NCBI GenBank assembly: GCA_963699755.1
Contig: CAVOVB010000001.1
Coordinates: 1-64,000, forward strand
Direction: 5' to 3'
Length of the DNA: 64,000 nucleotides
Source of the DNA: an uncultured delta proteobacterium
GTDB lineage: Bacteria; Myxococcota_A; Polyangia; Polyangiales; Houyiibacteriaceae
The notes below the pieces were generated by a model. It searched no databases, had not been told where the DNA came from, and saw nothing but the letters and a program-made list of their open reading frames with translations. Position numbers and translations under genes: made by a program. Of the stretch, positions 1-8,467 are shown in pieces; position 1 is the first letter of the stretch, and every line of letters starts with the position of its first letter.

Positions 1-457
1 GTGGCGGGGACGCCGGCGCATGTCACCCTCCGCCGGTTGCGGCGTGAGCCGCGTGTTTTGCCGTAGAGGGGAGCGCCGGTTTCGCCGCTGGTGTTCGACG
101 GGCTTCGATCGGGTTGGCTACGGCGAGGAAGCGCGGATGACGCGCTTGCAGGCATCCTGTCGGGTCTGGCTTGGCCGGGGGGTGATGGGGTGTGGATTCC
201 GCGGGCGTTGGTGGAGATGGGGTTCAAACCATGACTTAGCTCGGTCGCACACAGTTTGAGGGGTCAGTACGCGCGCGTATCGCCTGTGCGATCGGCCTGG
301 TTTTCGAACATCGGCAGTCGGCGCATCAGGGCCAGGCAGTTACACGACGCAGTTCGGGTAATGTTCCCGAGTTCTGCTTTGCCGGCGAGGTCAATCCTCT
401 CTCTTCTTGCAGCGCTTGGCGTAGATGGGCGAATCAGGAACCAGCGCAAGTCCCTCC

Positions 458-859
458 TCACGAATCTGGAAACCCGCAGTACCCCCGCCCGGCATCGGTG
501 ACGTACAGCCTAGAGCCTCTAACCTCGGCCGGATAGCTTGGATTGCCCTGCAGTTGCTCAAGGCCCCCCATCGAGAACCGCGCGTACCCGTCACGGATAG
601 TTATGCCTGTCAACATACCTCCGGTGCATCGGTACTTGCCGCGAACGGACGACCAAGCTCGCTCCTTCGCTGCTTCAGCCGCGGATTGCGCGTCTTTTGT
701 CGCTTCCAGTTCGGCCCGCAGTGCCTCCATTTCTTCGGTGATCGCAGCTTCACGATGGTGCGCTTCTCGAAGTTGTTGTCTGAGCTGCTCTGTCTCGCTG
801 TTCGAGCACGAGCACATCAGCGTCGCCATACCGAATATCACCGCCACTCGTCCAAACAT
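458..859 (-). CDS. hypothetical lipoprotein with coiled coil
   Basis: ATG at 859 gives MFGRVAVIFGMATLMCSC (lipobox-like), then a Glu/Ala-rich coiled coil; start chosen inside ORF 458..985. Confidence 0.5.
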   Translation of the reverse strand: MFGRVAVIFGMATLMCSCSNSETEQLRQQLREAHHREAAITEEMEALRAELEATKDAQSAAEAAKERAWSSVRGKYRCTGGMLTGITIRDGYARFSMGGLEQLQGNPSYPAEVRGSRLYVTDAGRGYCGFPDS

Positions 860-1099
860 GCTCTCCCCCGATGGCCGCATCAGCTGCAAACCCATTCCGG
901 CGCTCACGGTCACACCGCCTTCCCAGAGTGGCAGCAGACGCGCCTTCTTGAAACTGAACGCGATGTCAGACGGCAGCTTCGACAAATCGAGGGCACGGCT
1001 GCGCGCTTCGAACGACTCGAATCATCGCTAGTTGCACTGCGAGTCTGCTCAGCGGCCTTACGCGTAGCGATGGGGTAGGTTGTACGTTCGGGGGCGCAC

Positions 1100-2446
1100 A
1101 TGGATTCAAGGGCGATTGGCTTCGGAATAGACAGACAATGGAAGCAACTCGCAGCGCTCGGCTCCACTGCGTGGAACGCATGGGTGGAATGGGACCAGAA
1201 GCAGCGGTTGGAAGAACCGGCAATGCCGGTCCACTACATAGACTTCCACAACACAAAGTTTGAGGAACCAGTTGATTTCTCCTCATTTAGGTTTCCGCAC
1301 AACGTGGATTTCGGCAGCGCAAAATTTGACGCAGAAGTGTCCTTCGAGAATGCGATCTTTTCCGGTCAAGTGAAGTTCGATCGAACGTCGTTCGCAGGTG
1401 GCGCGAGCTTCACGGGCGCACGCTTTCAGCAGGAGTGCAGCTTCGAGAGCGCATCCTTCAGCGGTGACGTCGAGTATCCGGGGGTCAGATTCGACAAACG
1501 GACCGTGTTTTGGGATGCTAGTTTCCTCGCGGCAGCGGTATTTGATGGCGCGAGATTCAGCGACAGCGTCGAATTTCTAAGGGCACAATTCACTGAGGCG
1601 TATTTCCGAGAAGCGGTCTTCCACGCCGCATCATTTGAGGAGTGCGCCTTCGAAAAGAAGGTCGAATTCGAACGCGCGAGGTTCCAAGAATTCGCGTTCT
1701 TCGCTGGCGCTCAGTTTCCGGACCACACTACGTACTTTGACTGCGAGTTCGAGGGAGACGCGACGTTCCAGGAAGCGCGATTCGCAGGTGTTGTCGATTT
1801 CACGACCGCGGTCTTCTCGGGCGCGGCGGTCTTCGACGGTGCGCACTTTGATGCGCCTCCTAACCTAGCGGTGCGGGGTTTCGCCATGGCACCGACATTC
1901 ACACGTGCATCGTTCGGGTTTTCTGACCGCGGAGAGGCAGAGGCTTCGTATCGAAGCTTGAAGCGCCTGGCCGCAACAGCGCAAGATCATCGAACTGAAC
2001 TCGACCTCTTCGCTCTCGAGACGCGAGCGCGGAGGAGCAACCGGTTGAGGTGGGGACGTCCTCAGGACTGGATCGAATTGCTGGCGAGCCACCTCTATCA
2101 ACTAACTTCGGACTATGGACGAAGCGTTCTGCGGCCGGTCTTCGGCCTTATTCTCTCACTCTTCGTCTTCGCTTTCCTGTTTGCCCAAATCGGGGGAGAA
2201 GGATGGCGGTTTTGGGATTGGCATAGGCCTGTGGGAGTGGCTGCACTGGCCGGCTTGCTTCCGTTCGGTCAGACGCGCACCGCCCGCCTGATTATTGAGG
2301 AGGGCCTCTGTGGCGGCTTGAGGGATAGTCCCAGATCCGACTGCCTCAGCATGATCTATGGACTCAGCGCGATCGAGGGCCTTATCGGAGCAGTGCTTTT
2401 GTTCCTGCTAGTTCTTGGCATCCGCAACATGTTTCGCATCAAGTGA
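1100..2446 (+). CDS. pentapeptide-repeat membrane protein
   Basis: Many A-x-F-xx-A-x-F repeats (e.g. ASFTGARF, AVFDGARF), then SDYGRSVLRP and C-terminal TM helices ending LLFLLVLGIRNMFRIK. Confidence 0.85.
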   Translation: MDSRAIGFGIDRQWKQLAALGSTAWNAWVEWDQKQRLEEPAMPVHYIDFHNTKFEEPVDFSSFRFPHNVDFGSAKFDAEVSFENAIFSGQVKFDRTSFAGGASFTGARFQQECSFESASFSGDVEYPGVRFDKRTVFWDASFLAAAVFDGARFSDSVEFLRAQFTEAYFREAVFHAASFEECAFEKKVEFERARFQEFAFFAGAQFPDHTTYFDCEFEGDATFQEARFAGVVDFTTAVFSGAAVFDGAHFDAPPNLAVRGFAMAPTFTRASFGFSDRGEAEASYRSLKRLAATAQDHRTELDLFALETRARRSNRLRWGRPQDWIELLASHLYQLTSDYGRSVLRPVFGLILSLFVFAFLFAQIGGEGWRFWDWHRPVGVAALAGLLPFGQTRTARLIIEEGLCGGLRDSPRSDCLSMIYGLSAIEGLIGAVLLFLLVLGIRNMFRIK

Positions 2447-2564
2447 CGCCCTGTAGCGACTTTGCGTTTGACGCGGGCATGCATCGGCGTCGAGACTCGA
2501 CCGCCAGAGCGGTAGGAGGCGGGGTCATCTTCTAATCGTCGAGCGCTTCAACAAGTCGGACGCT

Positions 2565-4490
2565 TCATCCGATCTTGGGCTCTGCCCAGGTTGTCGATCT
2601 GGCCAGATGCTCGAGGTGGCGTCTAACCTTAGTACTCCGGGTCCTGGGTCGGGTCGCAACGAACTCCCTCAGCGATCGAACAGTTTCCAGTTCGGGTGAA
2701 CAGCGCAACGCATAGATTCTCGGCAGGTTCCGAATCGCAACGGTGTCACTCCAGGTCCCCCGACGCAGCCGATCTAGTTCAGCCGCCGCGAACTCTTTGT
2801 TGAAAATCATTCGCCAGAATAGAGATGCGAGTCTCGCAAGACTTGGATCCGGATCACCCAGCAGGATCTCGATCTCCTCTCGAAAAGTATTTACGGATCC
2901 CCTAGTTAGAAGGATGCAACCTGCTCGTCTGACCTCGGTGCTTTCGTGCTCAAGTAGGCGGGCGGCAAGCGAATCAAGATGCCGTTCCTGATGAGGGAAC
3001 GTAGCGATAGCGCATGCGGCTTCCATCTGGACAAACCAGGGTTTCTGTGCCCTAAAGCCAATGTCTCTAATCCTCGAAACAACTCCGGACCAGATCGACG
3101 GATGCAGTTCTCTCGCCGCATTCAGTACTCTTCCCTTCTGGTAGGGAAAAGGGAGTACGTCGTTTTCGACCATCGACAGTAGCCTCTCCAGGATCGAGTC
3201 ATGACGGTCGTAGGGCATGTGGAGCAAGTAGCGGAGCGTCTTGTCCAGCACGCGAAGATCAGGCAGGGACTCAAGGGCGGCGAAACTCGCGTCGATGAAA
3301 TGCGTCCGCTGGCATCTTCCGTATAGTGTCAGTAGCCGCCGAAAGATGCGGCTCTGCTTCTGGTCGAGGTTGGAGACTGCTTTGGGAAGTCCCCGTGTGA
3401 ATCGCGATCGGATGGGACTCAGGGGTCCCAAGATTTCCGTGACTCGGGTGCCCGGTGACGCGGCCGAAAGCTTCTGGATCGACTCCAGAGCGCGATTCAT
3501 CTGGGTCATATCGGAGTCGTCCAACTCTTCGTCCAAGTCGGCGCCGGCTAGTATCTTGGTCTTGCTGGGCTGCAGATTGAGATGCAGTTGCCTTAGCGCA
3601 TCGTTAATCACAAATAGCGCCTCTCTGGCGTCCTGTTCATTGCGCGTGAAGACCTGGAAGTCGTCGGCGTAGCGAAGCCATTTCGCTGGCTTACGTGCGG
3701 CAAAGGCGCTCAAACGCTGGTCCACGGAGACGACGTACAGGTTGGCCAGAAATGAGCTGACATCGTTGCCCTGCGGGATCCCTCTGCCGATCGGGGTTCC
3801 GTGAGTAGTGGTTCTACACCAGGCGCGAAGAACTCTGAACAGTATCTCGATCGTGCGATCTTCGCTCTGCTTGAGTTGATTTCGCATGATCGCCTCGAGA
3901 AGTGAGAGATCTATGTTCTCGAAGTAGGCACTGATATCCGTCTTCGTAACATGTGTATACCCCTCCACCTTGGCGGCCTTTGCGGCCGCCTTCACGAACT
4001 CAGGCCACGCTTCGTACCAAGCCTCGAACGGATCTAGCGCTCTTATCGTCTGTCGCTTGAGAAAGGGCAGCGCAAGCTCGGTATCGTGAAAGAGGCTCCG
4101 TCCCTTCTTCACACGCTTCTTCCATTCGGGATGGAGTCGGTAGGAGTGAACGTGCTCGGACAGAGCGCCGTCTAGTTTCGGTGCGAGTAGGTAGATTATG
4201 GCGTGGAGGAGGGTTGACTCTTCGATCGGAAGGACATTGCCAGGGCGAACGCTGAGACTTGTCTTCGGAATGTCTATCTCGATCAAATGGCGGGGTCGGT
4301 AACGGCCGCCGCGGACCTGGTTCAGTAGATGCTGGAGCCTGCGATCCAAGTCGGCCGCGAAGTCAGCGTGGTCGATAGGGTCGCGAACGAAGTCGTCGCG
4401 CGAAGCACGCTGCGCCAAATGCCAACCGATTCTGAGTGTTTCAGGCTTGCATAGCTCTCTGAAGAGTCTGTCGCTCATTCTCGACACCAT
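2565..4490 (-). CDS. reverse transcriptase (UG/Abi-like, defence-associated type) with C-terminal alpha-helical region
   Basis: RT motifs IPK..RP, KTDISAYFENID, GIPQGNDVSSFLANLY, RYADD, LNLQPSKTKI. Likely start ATG 4490 (or 4478), just after the drmMI stop. The C-terminal ~270 aa look helical/HEAT-like. Confidence 0.9.
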   Translation of the reverse strand: MVSRMSDRLFRELCKPETLRIGWHLAQRASRDDFVRDPIDHADFAADLDRRLQHLLNQVRGGRYRPRHLIEIDIPKTSLSVRPGNVLPIEESTLLHAIIYLLAPKLDGALSEHVHSYRLHPEWKKRVKKGRSLFHDTELALPFLKRQTIRALDPFEAWYEAWPEFVKAAAKAAKVEGYTHVTKTDISAYFENIDLSLLEAIMRNQLKQSEDRTIEILFRVLRAWCRTTTHGTPIGRGIPQGNDVSSFLANLYVVSVDQRLSAFAARKPAKWLRYADDFQVFTRNEQDAREALFVINDALRQLHLNLQPSKTKILAGADLDEELDDSDMTQMNRALESIQKLSAASPGTRVTEILGPLSPIRSRFTRGLPKAVSNLDQKQSRIFRRLLTLYGRCQRTHFIDASFAALESLPDLRVLDKTLRYLLHMPYDRHDSILERLLSMVENDVLPFPYQKGRVLNAARELHPSIWSGVVSRIRDIGFRAQKPWFVQMEAACAIATFPHQERHLDSLAARLLEHESTEVRRAGCILLTRGSVNTFREEIEILLGDPDPSLARLASLFWRMIFNKEFAAAELDRLRRGTWSDTVAIRNLPRIYALRCSPELETVRSLREFVATRPRTRSTKVRRHLEHLARSTTWAEPKIG

Positions 4491-4506
4491 TCGGTGCTGG
4501 AAAAAC

Positions 4507-7500
4507 TCATCGGTTGGCGCGTTGTTCGTTGAGGGCGAAGAGGTGGTCGAGGATTTCGTCTTCGAAGGTTTGGTGGAGGGATTTTTCGGCGGGGGTTTGG
4601 GGGTCGGTGTAGGGGGGGACTTCGATGTCAAGCCAAGTCTTGTCGCCGGTGTGTTCTGCGTAAGCGGCCAGCACGGCGTGGTCCATTTCGATGTGGAGCT
4701 GGCGGAGCTCTTCGATACGTGGGTCGTGGATGGATGGGTCTTTGAGGGCGTTGTAGGTCTTGGTGAGGCCCTGGCTTGTGTCGATCATGAAAGTGGCGCG
4801 GGTGTCGTAGAGGCGTTTTCCGATGTTTTCGAGCGTCGGGATGGCAGCCTTAGGATCGGGGTTAGGGAACGGGAAGGTGTCGAAGCAATCGGACGCCGCA
4901 TAGCGCAGCCGGTCTTCGAGAGACGACGAGAGGAGGCGTGCCCAGCGCTCGTGGATGCGGGATTGAAGGACAGCAAAGGAGCTGTCCAGGTCGAGGGCGA
5001 AAACGTAGGTCGCCTCCGAGAAGATGCGGTCGGTGGGTTGAAAGGAGAAGCACAGGTGCTTGGTGACGCGCGCGGTGACGAGGCAGCGCTCGAGGGGGGC
5101 GATGGCGGCGTAGAGCCCGGGGCGGAGCTCACCGAATTGCCACCAGCGCTCTCGGTAGTTGATGCGATTGTTCTTGTCTCGCTCCGGTTTCACTCTCTCT
5201 CGCACAATAGAAATTAGATCGGGCCATTGTTCAGCTTCCTCGAGGGACATTTGGTCAAAAGAGATCACGTAACGACGAAAATCCTGCTCTGGTGAGGTGT
5301 TCACTTCTTCCCCGCCTAGATACGGGAAGATTCGCTCGGCATTCTTCTGGTCCTTTTCGATGAGGGCATCCCGCTCCTCGGGCGTTAGTGTGAAGCCCAT
5401 GCCGAGGACGGTTGACCCCTGGAAGCTGCACCCGTGATTCTCCTTAAGACGGACGGGATCGCGGCGTTCAGGCTTAGGTCGCAGCCGCGAGTTGATGTGG
5501 GCCACCGGCTCGTCATTGAGCCTTGCGGTGCCGACTAGCGTCGACGGTTCCCCCTTCGCAAGGTGGACTACTGAGATCGTGACCGCCGCTTCGCCTGGCC
5601 AAGGAGTAGATTCCGTTGCGTCGTAGATGAGGAGCCCTTGGCGTGCAAGCGTCTGCAGCCCTGTCGCCCGCGTGTCACCTTGGGCAATCGTATTGGTCGC
5701 GATGAGACCGATCGTGCCGTGTTCGCCGAGCAAGCTTTCCATTCTCCGAAAGAAGTGCGCGCAAAGATCGGCGTTCCCATGAGAACCTGGATGTATTGCC
5801 TTGAGCCAATCGAGAATGATCGAGCTTCCGTAAGATTCCGAAATCGAGTTCTTGCCGGCAAAAGGGGGATTGCCGACCGCGGCGTCCAAGTACGCGGGCG
5901 CTCTTGATTCTTGAGTCGCCAACGGGTCGGCACGGCCCGCATAGAAAACCTCCGGAAACTCAATCATCCAGTGAAAAGGCCGGAGGCTCGCCCTAGCTTC
6001 TCGAGCGAGAGTTTCGACTTCAGTGGCCGCGTCCGCATCCCCAGCGAGCCATTGCTGCACAAGGTCGAGGCGGCGTAGCCGTTCGCCTTCCCGAGCCTTT
6101 TCTTTGCTTGCTGAGAAGAAGGCACCGACAAGCAGGTCTCCGATGATCCTCAGGCGAGCCAGAGCGTCGTCGGCGTCTTCCATCGCTGTGCGCATGGCCC
6201 GATTGGCTTCCGGCGTGTCTTCCGGGCTTCGTTCCAGAATGAGGGCGCGCGCGCGAATGGCTTCTTCGAGAGATTCCTGAAGCTCTGCCTCGAACAGGCC
6301 CATCTGCTTGCCAGGCTTCCAATGAAACGCCGTGATCTGCTCGAACGAGCAGCCGACCAGCGAGTCGCCGCAGCGCAGGTTGTGGTCCAGAAACGTAAAA
6401 GGCTTCTCTCGTTGGAGGGTGACGAGCCAGAGAGAGAGCTTCGCCAGCTCCACGGCGAATGGGTTCTTGTCGACGCCGTAGAGGCAGCGCTCGCCTACGA
6501 GACGGCGCGCGTAGATGAGCGCGTCGTCTTCCTTGGCACGGAGTTCTGCCGTCCGGCCTTCGCGCACCCAGGCCTCGAGCAAGCGTTCGCCCAAGTAGCG
6601 ACAGGCCGCAACGAGAAAAGCACCCGAGCCCATGGCTGGATCGCAGACGGTGAGCGACAGAATCTGCGCCGACGCGGGTTCGGGGCCAAACGTTGCCAGC
6701 AGGGGTTCGAGAGTGCGCGCGACGATCGGGGCGGAGAGGGAGGGCGGTGTGTAATGGGAGCTCGTCCGCTTTCGCTCGGAGCCTGGCTGGATAATGATCC
6801 TCCCATCGCAAGCCACCTCGCTGCCTTTGACCCGCTCGTCTTCGAGTCGCTTCGCCGCTGCGTGGACGAGCTCCTCGGAGTTTTCCCGGTGATTCTTTTC
6901 CATCGACGACAGGTCGTGCAGGAGCGCTTGGGACCTTGCCCCGGCTAGCCCCGCGGTCTCCTTGAGCCATTTGCTTCGCTGCGCAGGCTTGACACGAAGA
7001 AGGTCTTCGGCGCTCAGCCAGGTCGGGGCGAACTTGCCGTCGCTTGGCTTGATGCGAACTGACGGCGATTCGACACGCATGGTGTAGTAGCCCATGAGCG
7101 CCTCGTAGACGCTGCCGATCTGCTCTTCATAGAGGTTGCGGTAGGAGAGGCGTTCGTTGCCGAGGTAGATGAGGTTTCGCAGCACCTGGTAGATCGTCTC
7201 ATCGTCGACGGTGGGCACCCGCGACTCCGCACGTTCTTCGGGGTCTCGAATGGGAACCACGTTGCCATCGAAGCCCTCAAGGAAGGGGAAGCGATGCGGA
7301 TCGAAGAGATGGCCTTCGCGGGGCGGGAGGTGAAGGTCATCATGGTCGACACCCAGATACACTGAACGAAACAACGCCAAGAGCTGCGGCCAGGCGCTGT
7401 AGCGGCGGTTCATGGCATCGGGATAGCGACCGTGCTCCTTTTCGAGTCGCTCGAAGAGCGCATAGAGAGAATAGTGCTCTGAGAAGAGCGGGTGCTCGCT

Positions 7501-8460
7501 TGGTAAGAGGCCGGTATCCTCAGCGTAAAGAAGGAACACCAGGCGCAGGAGCACCGTGAGCAGGCCCTGGTAGAGCGGGTCGCCCTCTTGCTCCATCAGT
7601 GGGCGCAGCAACGAACCGCCCGCGCGAAGGTCGGCGGCCTCGAAACCGGCGAGCAGAGTCTCGAGTGCGGTGAAGACCTGCTCGGAGAGCTCAGTCGTGA
7701 CCTCCGCCTGCATCTCGCGCGAGCGCTTGAGGATCGCTTCGAGTTGGCGATCGGGTGCGACGCCTTCGATGCGCTCGCCCGAAAGAAGCATCACAAGCGC
7801 ATCGAAGATCGGACGGCCGCCGACCTCGGCCATGTCCTGCACTCGGAAATCGATGTAGCCCGATGCCTCGCCAATCGGTGCGTAGAGGAGCCGAATCACC
7901 CGCCCGTTGGTGAGAACCCCAACGGGGACGCGGCACTCACGAAGAAGACGTTCAAACTTCTTCTCAGGTGGGTACTCCCAGGTGCCGGTCTCGGTTTCGG
8001 GGTCGTCAAAACCAAGTCCGTCAGGAAGCTGCCAAACGAGAACTCGAAACCCCTGCCCTTCAATGGCGGCGGGGGCGAGCGACTGGCCCGCGGCCACCTC
8101 TGGCTTTGCGTAGTCGGGATATCGAAGCGCTGCAGTCGGCGTGATGGTTTGGCCGCCCTCCGGAACATAGAGCGACAGGTCCTCGGGCAGATCGTACTCG
8201 AGCAGATCTTCGTTCCAGTCGAGGCCCTCGAGCAGGAAGTGCTTCAGGTCTCGGATTCGAAGCGCGGGCGGTCCCTCGGGGCCTCCCACGCGCTCGACGG
8301 GCACCTCTTCGAGAAACTCTAGGAACGCGCGATGGTCATCCACCAACTGCCGTTCGAAACAGTCGGCTTCAATCAATGCGGGGACGCTGACGACGAGGCC
8401 TTCGCTCGGCTGAACCATGCCAAGCCATGTTTCGTGGAAGCGGCGTGCTGCGTCGCTCAT
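4507..8460 (-). CDS. drmMI: DISARM class 1 adenine DNA methyltransferase (Eco57I/type IIG-like)
   Basis: SHYTP, DPAMGSGAFL (SAM binding), GNPPF catalytic motif, C-terminal TRD region. ATG 8460 (MSDAARRFHETWLG) lies just after the drmD stop. Confidence 0.85.
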   Translation of the reverse strand: MSDAARRFHETWLGMVQPSEGLVVSVPALIEADCFERQLVDDHRAFLEFLEEVPVERVGGPEGPPALRIRDLKHFLLEGLDWNEDLLEYDLPEDLSLYVPEGGQTITPTAALRYPDYAKPEVAAGQSLAPAAIEGQGFRVLVWQLPDGLGFDDPETETGTWEYPPEKKFERLLRECRVPVGVLTNGRVIRLLYAPIGEASGYIDFRVQDMAEVGGRPIFDALVMLLSGERIEGVAPDRQLEAILKRSREMQAEVTTELSEQVFTALETLLAGFEAADLRAGGSLLRPLMEQEGDPLYQGLLTVLLRLVFLLYAEDTGLLPSEHPLFSEHYSLYALFERLEKEHGRYPDAMNRRYSAWPQLLALFRSVYLGVDHDDLHLPPREGHLFDPHRFPFLEGFDGNVVPIRDPEERAESRVPTVDDETIYQVLRNLIYLGNERLSYRNLYEEQIGSVYEALMGYYTMRVESPSVRIKPSDGKFAPTWLSAEDLLRVKPAQRSKWLKETAGLAGARSQALLHDLSSMEKNHRENSEELVHAAAKRLEDERVKGSEVACDGRIIIQPGSERKRTSSHYTPPSLSAPIVARTLEPLLATFGPEPASAQILSLTVCDPAMGSGAFLVAACRYLGERLLEAWVREGRTAELRAKEDDALIYARRLVGERCLYGVDKNPFAVELAKLSLWLVTLQREKPFTFLDHNLRCGDSLVGCSFEQITAFHWKPGKQMGLFEAELQESLEEAIRARALILERSPEDTPEANRAMRTAMEDADDALARLRIIGDLLVGAFFSASKEKAREGERLRRLDLVQQWLAGDADAATEVETLAREARASLRPFHWMIEFPEVFYAGRADPLATQESRAPAYLDAAVGNPPFAGKNSISESYGSSIILDWLKAIHPGSHGNADLCAHFFRRMESLLGEHGTIGLIATNTIAQGDTRATGLQTLARQGLLIYDATESTPWPGEAAVTISVVHLAKGEPSTLVGTARLNDEPVAHINSRLRPKPERRDPVRLKENHGCSFQGSTVLGMGFTLTPEERDALIEKDQKNAERIFPYLGGEEVNTSPEQDFRRYVISFDQMSLEEAEQWPDLISIVRERVKPERDKNNRINYRERWWQFGELRPGLYAAIAPLERCLVTARVTKHLCFSFQPTDRIFSEATYVFALDLDSSFAVLQSRIHERWARLLSSSLEDRLRYAASDCFDTFPFPNPDPKAAIPTLENIGKRLYDTRATFMIDTSQGLTKTYNALKDPSIHDPRIEELRQLHIEMDHAVLAAYAEHTGDKTWLDIEVPPYTDPQTPAEKSLHQTFEDEILDHLFALNEQRANR

Positions 8461-8467
8461 GACGGCC

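Noticed and set aside
2447..2564. Possible ncRNA or repeat array associated with the RT (retron msr-msd, DRT ncRNA, DGR template)
   Set aside because: Short intergenic region with no clear repeats or long inverted repeats; upstream gap only ~16 nt; no TR/VR pair with adenine-specific mismatches was seen
4491..4631. Pro/Thr/Lys-rich N-terminal extension of the RT ORF
   Set aside because: Overlaps the C-rich drmMI 3' end in another frame; artefact of longest-ORF calling
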